From: an uncultured Alphaproteobacteria bacterium
GTDB lineage: Bacteria > Pseudomonadota > Alphaproteobacteria > Sphingomonadales > Sphingomonadaceae
DNA length: 64,000 bases
Assembly (NCBI GenBank): GCA_963781355.1
Contig: CAWAFP010000009.1
Location: 20,866-84,865 of the forward strand
Direction: 5' to 3'
Below the pieces are notes generated by a model. The model was given only the letters and a program-made list of their open reading frames with translations. It was not told where the DNA came from and did not search any database. The position numbers and the translations under genes were made by a program. Of this stretch, positions 10,073-18,931 are shown one piece after another (the stretch's first letter is position 1; the number at the start of each line of letters is the position of its first letter).

Positions 10073-10423
10073 AAGCGCTTGGGGTTTAAATCACCAGTCA
10101 TGAGCACGACCATTTCGCGATCCCTAAAGCAACATGGCGCCATCTGGCGGAGCCAGATGTTTATTCTGGAGTCCGCGAACGAACGGGTCTGGGTCGGCAG
10201 CCTACACTCCCCACCTCGGGCCGCGAATGGCGGCCTCGATACCACCCCGGTCGCCTGGCCGATGGGTCTATTGAAGGTTTGAAGGTAAGAGCAACGCTGG
10301 CTTTCACCATCGTCCTGCCTACACTATCGTTTTGCGCCCAAGCTTGAACGGCACCACCTCTCTGGTTCGAATGGTCAGGTTACCTTACACTGCGGTCACT
10401 GGATCGTTTGAGATTGGGGATCA

Positions 10424-11476
10424 ATGTCAGCTAGGCTCGTCCAGATATACCTTCCGGAAGGCCAGATCGCGCAGTTGGAAACAATCCTGCCGCGCCACAC
10501 GCGCCGGTTCTGGCGCGAAACCCTGCCGGGCAATCAGGAGAAATACACCTGCATCGTCCAGCAACGTTATACCGAACGTCTGTTGATTGATCTGGAGGAT
10601 GCGTTCGCCGCTGTGCCTTCCTTCACGGCCCATGTTGCGCAATTAGAAGCCGTGTTGCCTGCGGTGGAGGAAAGCCCCGCGACCGAGCTGCCGCTGACGT
10701 CCAGTCTGGTGCCGCCTACATGGCTGGAACGCTTTTTCAGCCGCGACCGGCTGAGCACCGATGAACTTTACGATGACATCGCAGAAAGCCTGCACATCCG
10801 CCCTTCCTTTGTGCTGACGGTGACCTTGTCAGCGATCATCGCAGGGCTTGGAATGCGCAGCGGGCAGGTGGCCGTGGTCATTGGCGCAATGATCATCGCG
10901 CCCTTGCTTGGTCCCACAATGGGATTGGCGCTGGCAGCGACGGTTGGCAATTGGAAGCTGGGCCGGCAAGCGTTTGCGACGCTGGCACTGGGCTGCGTGC
11001 TGGCAATCGTTGCTGGCATGGTAATCGGCATGACCGTGACGATTGATCCGCTGACCCCTGAATTGCGCAACCGGACGCTGGTTCAGCCGGCCGATATTGC
11101 GCTTGCGCTCGCTTGTGGCGCGGCCGGGGTGCTGGCCTTCAGTCGCGGGAACTCACTTGCACTTGTGGGCGTTATGGTCGCCGTTGCGCTGGTTCCGCCG
11201 CTGACGGCTGCGGGCATTTACACCGGAGCAGGATTGCCTGCTGCCGGGGCCAATGCGATGTTCCTGTTCACGGTCAATCTCGTCTGCGTGAATGTCGCAG
11301 GCATAGCGACCTTCCTGTTTCAGGGATTGCCGCCCAAAAGCTGGCGCATGACGTCGGGCATCATGCTGGGTTGGGTGCTGTTGCTGGGATTGCTGATCGC
11401 GATGATGGCAGGGCGCATCCTGCTCGGCTTTGGCGCGTGGGAAGGTGTGTTTGGTTATCTTGGCGCCAGCCGATGA
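10424..11476 (+). CDS. TIGR00341/DUF389 family membrane protein
   Basis: VVIGAMIIAPLLGP, GVMVAVALVPPL motifs. Confidence 0.88.
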   Translation: MSARLVQIYLPEGQIAQLETILPRHTRRFWRETLPGNQEKYTCIVQQRYTERLLIDLEDAFAAVPSFTAHVAQLEAVLPAVEESPATELPLTSSLVPPTWLERFFSRDRLSTDELYDDIAESLHIRPSFVLTVTLSAIIAGLGMRSGQVAVVIGAMIIAPLLGPTMGLALAATVGNWKLGRQAFATLALGCVLAIVAGMVIGMTVTIDPLTPELRNRTLVQPADIALALACGAAGVLAFSRGNSLALVGVMVAVALVPPLTAAGIYTGAGLPAAGANAMFLFTVNLVCVNVAGIATFLFQGLPPKSWRMTSGIMLGWVLLLGLLIAMMAGRILLGFGAWEGVFGYLGASR

Positions 11477-11667
11477 TGATCGTTTAGCCAATCGCTGCCT
11501 TCAGCTGACGGGAGCTTCAGCATTGGCAAGCATGCACCCATCAAAAGCCATGAGGGCGGTCGATGCCTGAACCCGAAATCCGCATGGCGGCTTTCGGCGG
11601 AAGCAGACGTTTTCCTTGATAATGGGGAATGGCTGAGTCTGGGTCGAGAGCTGCCAATCTTCAGCAC

Positions 11668-12399
11668 TCAGCCAATGCTCGGCAAATCTACAACTCTGAA
11701 AACAGACCCGGATCCGGCATCGCGGACAAGGTCTACGCGCTGGCCGTCCCAGTGGTAGTCGAGGTGTCGCCCCTGGAGAGGATTTGACGCGCAGTCGGGG
11801 TAGAAGAGTGCAACGCATTCCCCACTCGGATGCCGGACGCTCGGGTAGACAATCCCGTCCGATCCCGCGCCCATAAGGTGCCACGCGAGAGCTTGTGAGG
11901 CAGCATAGTTGTCGGGATCGAGCGCCGGACCCGGCTCGCCTGTGTGAGCTCGAAGGTCATGCAGGTCTGCATCGACCGATATGACGATTTCGCGAAACTG
12001 CGACGTCCAGCCGGGCGCTTCCCGGGTTCGCACCATGAAGCGGGCATGGTGATGGATCGTCTCGAACAGGGCGGTTTCGAACCGGTCCGCGACATAGAGC
12101 ACGCCGTAACTGCCGTCGGTGAACCGGCTTGGCCGGTCGGTGCTGACATGGGTGAAGGGCGCCATGAGGTAGGAGGCGCCATTGCCGCCGACGCGCCGGC
12201 CTGCTGGAACGAGGTCAAGATTGCCAATCGTCGCCATGATGCGGGGATTGGTCTTCTGCTCTGCCGAAATCAGCAGCGGCCAGTCGGCTGGATCGGCGAT
12301 GTCCTCGAACAGATCAATCGGCGGAAAGGCACTCCGGATGATCCGAACAGCGCCCTTCCACTCAACTCTAGAAACGGGGATTTCCGCCGCTTCGCTCAC
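11668..12399 (-). CDS. RES-domain toxin (putative NAD+ phosphorylase)
   Basis: R(IIRS)...SRFTDGSYGVLY..D..ETALFE...GIVYPSVR: R, E, S residues of the RES family. Confidence 0.92.
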   Translation of the reverse strand: MSEAAEIPVSRVEWKGAVRIIRSAFPPIDLFEDIADPADWPLLISAEQKTNPRIMATIGNLDLVPAGRRVGGNGASYLMAPFTHVSTDRPSRFTDGSYGVLYVADRFETALFETIHHHARFMVRTREAPGWTSQFREIVISVDADLHDLRAHTGEPGPALDPDNYAASQALAWHLMGAGSDGIVYPSVRHPSGECVALFYPDCASNPLQGRHLDYHWDGQRVDLVRDAGSGSVFRVVDLPSIG

Positions 12400-12809
12400 C
12401 AGCCACCGCGCTCGGCGTCGAGGTAGCGACGCACCCGCATAATGTCGGTCAACTCGCCTCCCAGCATCACGTCGAGCGCACTGGCTCCGCCGAACGCTTC
12501 ATTCGCTGCTCTGATCCAAGCATACCCGCGGGTGGCCTCCGAGAAGATGATCCGAAGCGCCTTGTGAATGCCCATGAGGTTGGAAAGCCGCGCACGCCCA
12601 TCGCGCGAGACGCGCGCCGGCCCTTCCGACTTCCAGCGCCGATAAGATCGAACCGGCATGTCGAGCAGCGTTGCCGCCTGCTCGTCGGTCAGATCCCACT
12701 TGCCGAACAGGTTGAGGACTGCCCGAAACATGGCAGATGCCTCATCCTGGGTAATCGGATCAGGGCGGAAAGCGGTAACGGCAGTATCAACGGGTTGCAG
12801 AGCCAACAT
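12396..12809 (-). CDS. Xre/MbcA/ParS-type antitoxin
   Basis: HTH N-terminus, AWIRAANEAFGGASALDVM...VRRYLDAERGGW C-terminus; RBS GGAG before ATG 12809; overlaps toxin start. Confidence 0.92.
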   Translation of the reverse strand: MLALQPVDTAVTAFRPDPITQDEASAMFRAVLNLFGKWDLTDEQAATLLDMPVRSYRRWKSEGPARVSRDGRARLSNLMGIHKALRIIFSEATRGYAWIRAANEAFGGASALDVMLGGELTDIMRVRRYLDAERGGW

Positions 12810-12845
12810 AGCAGTTCTCCATATGGCATCATATGTGCTAACTAA

Positions 12846-12887
12846 TGCCATTTGGCAAGTATCTATGCCGATGATGCCAATTTGGCA
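12846..12887. promoter_or_regulatory. Tandem TGCCA-N2/3-TGGCA palindromes upstream of the antitoxin (putative autoregulatory operators)
   Basis: TGCCATTTGGCA (12846-12857) and TGCCAATTTGGCA (12875-12887). Confidence 0.55.
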
Positions 12888-13594
12888 ATCACGCTCGCTG
12901 CGCCGTCGATCGGCACAAAAAGCCGGGTCTGGTAGCGGATGATTTCTGTGAAGCAGCCTTGGGCCTTGTACCAGTCCAGGCGGGCTACGCTCCAGCCAGT
13001 CAGCTCAATTCGCTGTGAGCCATTGACCAGGCTGCGTTTGACCATAAGTTTCTCGCGGCCCGCAAATTCCATGGCTCTGCCTGTAGCGAGGACGGACTGG
13101 ACAACATCATCAGCAGAGAGCGTTTGTTCCCGTTCGAGACCCAGCGCCCGGCACAGTTCGGGCACGCAATGGACAGGAACCTCACGGCCGAGGAGCGAGC
13201 GGCCATCGGCTGCCGAGATGCGACTGACCCTCACGAAGTCCGATGGCAGCTTGTCCCAAACTGGAAGCAGGAGGCCCGTCGCAAGATACAAACGCTCGCG
13301 CTTGTGGCTCGTTCTCGCCTCTTCCACCTCGGCGGCCCACGCCTCGCGGAAAGCGCCGATGGCAATGTCCTCCCAGCTGCTTTCCGCCAACTGATCCTCG
13401 GTGATGTGACTGCGCCCCAGCGGACGCAGCAACTCGAAGCGGGTCAGCCGTCGCTCTTTCCCAGCAAAACGATATTTGAGACGCCAGCTTCGACGGCCAG
13501 ATTTGGCCACGAACAGATAGAGCCCTTCGGAATCGGAGAGCTTGTAATCCTTGTCCTTCGCCTTCGCTTGCCGGACTGCCATTTCGCTGAGCAT
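12863..13594 (-). pseudogene. Chimeric ORF: integrase arm-binding N-terminus fused in frame to the C-terminus of an ICE/plasmid strawberry-notch-like methylase/helicase
   Basis: First ~50 aa (KAKDKDYKLSDSEGLYLFV..SGRRSWRLKYRFAGKERRL) match P4-like integrase arm domains; the rest (LYLATGLLLPVWDKLP...GCFTEIIRYQTRLFVP) matches helicase C-termini; no catalytic RHRY domain. Confidence 0.75.
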
Positions 13595-13597
13595 CTG

Positions 13598-13639
13598 TGC
13601 CCCCAAAACTGCGTTTCGATGCCCCCAGATATGCCCCCA
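13598..13639. repeat. Three TGCCCCCA direct repeats (putative integrase arm-binding sites)
   Basis: Copies at 13598, 13620 and 13632, between integrase start and tRNA 3' end. Confidence 0.6.
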
Positions 13640-13751
13640 ATCGTTGCGGATACATGCGGAAATATCGAAACAAATGCAGAACGATCTCTAGCACAAAATG
13701 GCTAAAAATCAAGGAAAACAGCCGTTTTTTGGACGTTTGCGGAAGGGTGAC

Positions 13752-13841
13752 TGGCGGAGAGGGTGGGATTCGAACCCACGTTACCGTCGCCGGTAAACCG
13801 CATTTCGAGTGCGGCGCATTCGACCACTCTGCCACCTCTCC
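13752..13841 (-). tRNA. tRNA-Ser, anticodon CGA, long variable arm, encoded CCA
   Basis: GGAGAGG acceptor stem, anticodon arm CCGCA-CTCGAAA-TGCGG, GGTTCGAATCC T-loop, ends GCCA; 90 nt. Confidence 0.97.
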
Positions 13842-14020
13842 GCGAGGCCTGCCGCGATGCTTGAGGCCATCTGGTCGGGACGGCTGGCGACAGGGAGCGC
13901 GCCCGTTAGCCCAAGGCGCGAGGCTTGCCAAGACCCGAGGGTGCACAAAATGCGGGCATATCTCGCAGCTGCACAAAACCGGCGCTTGTTTTGCGAGCGC
14001 AAAGGTCCATATTATCAGAC

Positions 14021-14401
14021 ATGGAACGTGCAGAGTTCTTCTCGAGCCAGGCCGGGCGCACCATCATCGCGCCGCGCCAGACCCGTGCCCGCTTCGGCAT
14101 CGGCGATGTGGTCCGCCACCGCCTGTTCGCCTTTCGCGGTGTCGTGTTCGATATCGACCCGGTCTTCGCCAACTCGGAAGAATGGTACCAATCGATCCCC
14201 GAGGACATCCGCCCTCGGCGCGACCAGCCGTTTTATCACCTGCTCGCGGAGAATGATGATTCGTCCTATGTGGCCTATGTCAGCCAGGGCAATCTCATCG
14301 CGGACTCTGATGGTGGGCCGGTCGATCATCCGACGGTGCGCCAGCTGTTCGAGAGCTTCAAGGACGGCCGGTACCGGATGCGGGCCTCGCTAACGCATTG
14401 A
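14021..14401 (+). CDS. hspQ: Heat shock protein HspQ (hemimethylated DNA-binding YccV family)
   Basis: ARFGIGDVVRHRLF.FRGVVFDIDP, QPFYHLLAEN, YVAYVSQ.NL. Confidence 0.92.
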   Translation: MERAEFFSSQAGRTIIAPRQTRARFGIGDVVRHRLFAFRGVVFDIDPVFANSEEWYQSIPEDIRPRRDQPFYHLLAENDDSSYVAYVSQGNLIADSDGGPVDHPTVRQLFESFKDGRYRMRASLTH

Positions 14402-14427
14402 CAATCCTTTTGGGATAATTCGGGGCC

Positions 14428-15069
14428 ATGTCGGAAAAGACGGGCCCGCGCCAAGATAACCCCATCATGTCCCGCCTGCGGCTCGCGCTTGAGCGTGAGC
14501 TTCGCGCCAGCGAGACCGTCGTATGGCATGGCTGGCAGTTAGGCCGCTTGGAACCGCTCAGCTTCGGAATCTACATCTTCGCAATCCCTTGGACCTCCTT
14601 TTCAGTGATGTGGACTGTGCTTGCTACAGGTGCGATTGCTGTTTCCGGGGATGATGGGCCGGGCTGGATTGGCTGGGCCTTTCCGCTGTTTGGCCTGCCC
14701 TTCATTGCAATCGGCCTCGCCATGATGGCTCGTCCCTTTGTGCCGCTGTTCCAGAAAGGGCGCGTGCTGTACGTGGTGACGAATGAGCGCGCGCTGAAGC
14801 TGAGCATGGGCCGCGAATTGACGGTGGAGACCGTGCCGGCCGACCGCATTGGCTTGATCCAGCGGTTCGAAAAGCGCGACGGAAGCGGCCGGCTGCAACT
14901 CGCGGTGAAGATCGGCAAGGACAGCGACGGCGATCGGCAGACCGACTACTTCGAGATCGGCAATGTGGCCGATGTCATGGGCGCGCAGGAGGCGCTGAAC
15001 CGCATTTCTGCCAGCGGTCCCACCGCTTCGGCGCTGGCCAAGGGTCAGGCCAGCCCGCTCAGCTCTTGA
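14428..15069 (+). CDS. Hypothetical membrane protein (two TM plus PH-like soluble domain)
   Basis: FAIPWT.F, FPLFGLPFIAIGL, YVVTNERAL pattern. Confidence 0.6.
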   Translation: MSEKTGPRQDNPIMSRLRLALERELRASETVVWHGWQLGRLEPLSFGIYIFAIPWTSFSVMWTVLATGAIAVSGDDGPGWIGWAFPLFGLPFIAIGLAMMARPFVPLFQKGRVLYVVTNERALKLSMGRELTVETVPADRIGLIQRFEKRDGSGRLQLAVKIGKDSDGDRQTDYFEIGNVADVMGAQEALNRISASGPTASALAKGQASPLSS

Positions 15070-15964
15070 GCTTCCAGCCCGATCGGAGCAGCGCGTAGAC
15101 ACCCGCCGCCAGCACCGCGTTCAGCACCAGCAGACCCACCGCTGCCGCCGTCAGGACAGTGCCAGGCCCCATGTCGCTCGCCCCGAGGAAGCCATAGCGG
15201 AAGCCCGATATCACGTAGAAGAACGGGTTCAACCGGCTCACCCACTGGAACACGGGATCGAGGTTCTCGATCACGTAGAAGGTGCCCGACAGCAGCGAGA
15301 GTGGCGCGATGATGAAGTTGGTGACGGCGGCGTTGTGATCGAACTTCTCGGCCCAGATCGATGTCGCAAGGCCGAGCGTCGCCAGCAAGAGCGATCCCAT
15401 CAGGCCGAACCACACGACCGCCCAAGGGTGCGTCATCGCCAGCGAAACGCCGGGCCAGAGCGCAATCGCCAAAGCCACAGCCAGTCCCACCGCAATCGCG
15501 CGGGTCACGGCCGCCGCGAGAATGCCCGCCATCAACTCGCCGGGCGACAAAGGCGGCATCAGCAGGTCGATGATCGTTCCCTGCATCTTGCCCGACAGCA
15601 GCGAGAAGCTCGAATTGGCAAAGGCGTTCTGCATCATCGCCATCACGATCAAGCCCGGCGCAACGAAGCTGGCAAAGGGCACACCTAGCACTTCGCGCCC
15701 CTGGCGACCCAACGCGACCGTGAAAATCACCAGAAACAGCAGTGTCGTAAAGGCCGGAGCCCAGATCGTCTGCGTCTGGACCTTGAGAAACCGGCGCACC
15801 TCCTTCATATAGAGGGCGAAGAGCCCCACGCGATTGACCCCGATGATCACGGGCACGCCGCGCGGGGAAAACCGGATGCTCCCGCCGGTCTTGTCATCAG
15901 GCGTCATTTCAGTCACGGGAGCAGCGTCGTGCAAAGGGTTTGCTGAAGGAGCGCGTTCGGCCAT
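15059..15964 (-). CDS. ABC-2 type transporter permease
   Basis: KEVRRFLKV..QTI.AP, APGLIVMAMMQNAFANSS, LSGTFY, NPFFY.ISGFRYG. Confidence 0.92.
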   Translation of the reverse strand: MAERAPSANPLHDAAPVTEMTPDDKTGGSIRFSPRGVPVIIGVNRVGLFALYMKEVRRFLKVQTQTIWAPAFTTLLFLVIFTVALGRQGREVLGVPFASFVAPGLIVMAMMQNAFANSSFSLLSGKMQGTIIDLLMPPLSPGELMAGILAAAVTRAIAVGLAVALAIALWPGVSLAMTHPWAVVWFGLMGSLLLATLGLATSIWAEKFDHNAAVTNFIIAPLSLLSGTFYVIENLDPVFQWVSRLNPFFYVISGFRYGFLGASDMGPGTVLTAAAVGLLVLNAVLAAGVYALLRSGWKLKS

Positions 15965-16049
15965 GGCGCAGGTGCCTAGGCCGCAAGGGACGCTCTGACA
16001 AGCATCAGCGCTTTACGGCACGCGCCGGACACAGGAACAGGTAGTACAT

Positions 16050-16772
16050 ATGGGCTGGACGGACGAGCGCATCGCAACGCTCAAGAAGATGTGGGAAGGC
16101 GGCTCCACCGCGAGCGAGATCGCGGCCGAGCTCGGCGGGGTCAGCCGCAATGCGGTGATCGGCAAGGCGCACCGCCTTGGCCTGAAGGCGCGCCCCTCTC
16201 CGGTGAAGGCCAACGACAAGAAGAAGCCGGCCGCTCCGGCGAAGAAGCCCGCTGCCGCGCCCGCGCCGCGCGTGGCCGAACCGCGGGCGGAACCCGCTGA
16301 GCGCAGCGTGACCGGCGAAGCGGCTGAGCGCCCTGCGCCGCGCGCCGCTGCCCCCTCCCCCCGCGCCGAAGCGACTGCGGATGAGGGTCTGAACGCGGTG
16401 CCCTCGCAGCCCGTTCCCGGTCCGCCCGCCGATCTGCCCAAGATCGTCTCGGTCGGCCCTGGCGGCTTCCTGCGCCAAGGTCCGGGTGATCAGCAGGCGC
16501 CCATTCCTCCCGCCCCGCCCCGCCGCCTCGTGCCCGCCAAGCCGAGCCCCGAGATTGCGGGCAAGACCACGCTGCTCGATCTGTCGGACAAGGTGTGCCG
16601 CTGGCCGATGGGCCATCCGGGCGAGGCCGATTTCCACTTCTGCGGCGTCGCAGTGAACCCCGGCTTCCCCTATTGCGTCGAGCATTGCGGCCGCGCCTAT
16701 CAGGCACAGCTGCCGCGCGGCGTACGTCGCCCCCCGCCGCCACTGCCGTTCGGCGGACCGCGCGTCCGTTAA
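16050..16772 (+). CDS. gcrA: Cell-cycle regulator GcrA
   Basis: MGWTDERIATLKKMW..G.TASEIA.ELGGVSRNAVIGKAHRLGL; C-terminal CRWPMGHP...FCG...YC.EH. Confidence 0.95.
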   Translation: MGWTDERIATLKKMWEGGSTASEIAAELGGVSRNAVIGKAHRLGLKARPSPVKANDKKKPAAPAKKPAAAPAPRVAEPRAEPAERSVTGEAAERPAPRAAAPSPRAEATADEGLNAVPSQPVPGPPADLPKIVSVGPGGFLRQGPGDQQAPIPPAPPRRLVPAKPSPEIAGKTTLLDLSDKVCRWPMGHPGEADFHFCGVAVNPGFPYCVEHCGRAYQAQLPRGVRRPPPPLPFGGPRVR

Positions 16773-17116
16773 GGCGTCTGCGGAGACCGACTGCTCGCCA
16801 CCTGATTCGGCCTCGGCTCCAGCACTGCCGCGTTCAGGCTGGCGGGGCTGTGGCCGGTGTTGGAGACACATGAGACACAGTCCAGGATTCAAAATACCAG
16901 CTGGGCGCGCAGGGCCGTGCGGTTGCGCCGCGGGCTGGCTGGTCCATTCTGTCCGATAAGGGGCTTCCATGCGCGCGATCGTGACGGGCATCAACCGAGT
17001 AGGAAAGCCCCTTCGCGCAAGCAGGGCTTGCCCCGCGCCTACCCGGCCCTGTAAGGCGGAAGCGGGCCGAAGGGAGCGCTAACATGGGTTGCAAGGCTGG
17101 TGTAAGAGGCGTGACC

Positions 17117-18049
17117 ATGACGACCATCATGGTCGGTATGGCGGCATCCATGCCGGCCCATGCCGAACTGCCCGAACCCGTGCGCGCGATGATCGATGCC
17201 GCCATCGCCACCGGCGATGAAACCAAGGTGCGCACCGTCACTGAAATCGCGCGCGCGACCAATCCGGGCGATCAGGAAGAAATCGACGCGATTGTCGCCA
17301 ATTTCGAGGCGGGTGTCGCCGCGCGCAAAGCGGCCGAAGCCGAGGCGAAAGTGGCGCAAATCCGCGCTGCCGGAATGTTCGACAACTGGTCCGGCAAGGG
17401 CGAGTTTGGCGCTTTCCGCGCGACCGGGAACTCGGACAATACCGGCGTGACCGCAGGTCTGACCTTGGACCGCCAAGGCATCGACTGGCGCCACAAGCTG
17501 ACCGGCCGCGTCGATTACCAGCGCGCCAATGGCCTCACGACCCGCGAACAATATCTCGCCCGTTACGAGCCCAACTTCAACGTCTCCGACAATTTCTATG
17601 TCTATGCGCTCGCCCAATACGAGCGCGACCGGTTTCAGGGCATTGCGGCACGCTATGCCGTGTCAGGCGGCATGGGCTATCAAGCGCTCAAGGCGGATGA
17701 CATCCAACTGTCGGTCAAGGCCGGGCCCGCTTACCGCGTCACCGAATTTGTCGATGGCCGCAACGAAAGCCGGATCGCCGGGCTGATCGGCCTCGATTTC
17801 GACTGGAACATCACCGAAAAGCTCAAGCTGACGCAGGACACCAATGCCGTGGCGGAAACCGGCGGATCGGCGGTCGCCATCATCGATTCGCGCAACACCA
17901 CGCTCGATCTGATCACCGGCCTTGATGCCCGGATCAACCGCAGCCTGACCGCGCGGTTTTCCTATGCCGTCGAGTATGACAGCAACCCGCCGCCGGGCGC
18001 GGTGCAGACCGATACGCTGAGCCGCGTAACGCTGATCTACGACTTTTAA
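17117..18049 (+). CDS. DUF481/YdiY family outer-membrane beta-barrel protein
   Basis: Signal peptide, WSGKGEFGA, YERDRFQGI, terminal aromatic (YDF). Confidence 0.85.
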   Translation: MTTIMVGMAASMPAHAELPEPVRAMIDAAIATGDETKVRTVTEIARATNPGDQEEIDAIVANFEAGVAARKAAEAEAKVAQIRAAGMFDNWSGKGEFGAFRATGNSDNTGVTAGLTLDRQGIDWRHKLTGRVDYQRANGLTTREQYLARYEPNFNVSDNFYVYALAQYERDRFQGIAARYAVSGGMGYQALKADDIQLSVKAGPAYRVTEFVDGRNESRIAGLIGLDFDWNITEKLKLTQDTNAVAETGGSAVAIIDSRNTTLDLITGLDARINRSLTARFSYAVEYDSNPPPGAVQTDTLSRVTLIYDF

Positions 18050-18097
18050 TCACGGTTCACTGCCGTGAAGCAGACCCAAGCTCCTTGAGCTTGGCTT

Positions 18098-18778
18098 TCA
18101 GCTCTTGCTCGCGAACCAGATGATGTGATGTGCGCCCTTTTTGTTGGGGCGCGAGCGGACGTTCCATTCCACGATGTCGAGCCCGGTATCGCGCAGGCGC
18201 TTGGCAAAGGCGGGATCGGGCCCGGCTGACCATACCGCAAGGATACCGCCCGGCTTCAGGGCATCACGCGCCTTGGCGAGGCCCGTGCGCGAATAGATCC
18301 GGTTGTTGGCATCGCGCACGATCCCGTCGGGGCCATTGTCGACATCAAGCAGGATCGCGTCGAACTTGGCGCAGGTGCCATCGTTCGCATCATCGATCAG
18401 AGCGGCGACATCGCAGATTTTCAGATCGAGGCGCGGGTCTGACAGGCCCTCCCCCGTCAGTTCCGCCATCGGCCCTTTAGCCCAGTCAATGATCGCGTCG
18501 GAGATTTCGGCGACGACGATCTGCGCCTTCTCGCCGAGCCGTGCGGCGGCGGCGCGGTAGGTGAAGCCCATGCCGTAGCCGCCGATCAAGATTCGCGCAT
18601 TGTCCTTGCCCAGCCGCTCGATGGTGAGCTGCGCGAGCTGTTCTTCCGAGAAGCGCATCCGCGTGCTCATCAGCTCGTTACGCCCCAGCACGATCATGAA
18701 ATCGGTGCCGTGACGATAGAGTTCGAGGCAGACGCCGTCCTCGATCTGGGTGCTGTCGATCAGTTCGCGCTGGAGCAT
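18098..18778 (-). CDS. Spermidine synthase-like SAM-dependent methyltransferase
   Basis: ILIGGYGMGFT, FDAILLDVDNGP, LKPGGILAVWS. Confidence 0.85.
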   Translation of the reverse strand: MLQRELIDSTQIEDGVCLELYRHGTDFMIVLGRNELMSTRMRFSEEQLAQLTIERLGKDNARILIGGYGMGFTYRAAAARLGEKAQIVVAEISDAIIDWAKGPMAELTGEGLSDPRLDLKICDVAALIDDANDGTCAKFDAILLDVDNGPDGIVRDANNRIYSRTGLAKARDALKPGGILAVWSAGPDPAFAKRLRDTGLDIVEWNVRSRPNKKGAHHIIWFASKS

Positions 18779-18799
18779 AAGTCAGTTCTCAAATTAAGA

Positions 18800-18825
18800 G
18801 GCCGCCCGGATTTCTCCGAGCGGCC
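18800..18825 (-). terminator. Intrinsic terminator after pnp
   Basis: GGCCGCTCGGA-GAAA-TCCGGGCGGCC followed by a T-rich tract on the minus strand. Confidence 0.65.
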
Positions 18826-18837
18826 CTTGTATCTCAC

Positions 18838-18923
18838 CTCGTCATCCCGGCGAAGGCCGGGACCCAGAGCGGCAAACGCTGGTCCCGGTGTCGCTGGGCC
18901 CCGGCCTGCGCCGGGGTGACGAG
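18838..18923. repeat. REP-like palindromic element, family A
   Basis: CTCGTCATCCCGGCGAAGGCCGGG ... CCCGGCCTGCGCCGGGGTGACGAG; terminal inverted repeats each with an internal hairpin. Confidence 0.85.
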
Positions 18924-18931
18924 CAATGCGA

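Larger units (their letters stand above)
1..13751. mobile_element. Decayed genomic island/ICE remnant integrated at the 3' end of tRNA-Ser(CGA); other boundary lies outside the window or has decayed
   Basis: Integrase N-terminus directly downstream of the tRNA 3' end, TGCCCCCA repeats, ICE-type helicase fragment, Xre/RES TA, patchwork cargo with AT-richer spacers. No second copy of the tRNA 3' end spotted by eye. Confidence 0.7.

Noticed and set aside
12863-13606. Functional integrase
   Set aside because: Only the ~50-aa arm-binding part is present; no core-binding or catalytic tyrosine domain.
1-13751. attR copy of the tRNA-Ser 3' end
   Set aside because: No TGGCGGAGAG-type duplicate found by eye; the closest match (~1649) is inside a CDS and short.
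16200-16560. Pro/Ala-rich repeats in gcrA
   Set aside because: Normal disordered linker of GcrA proteins.
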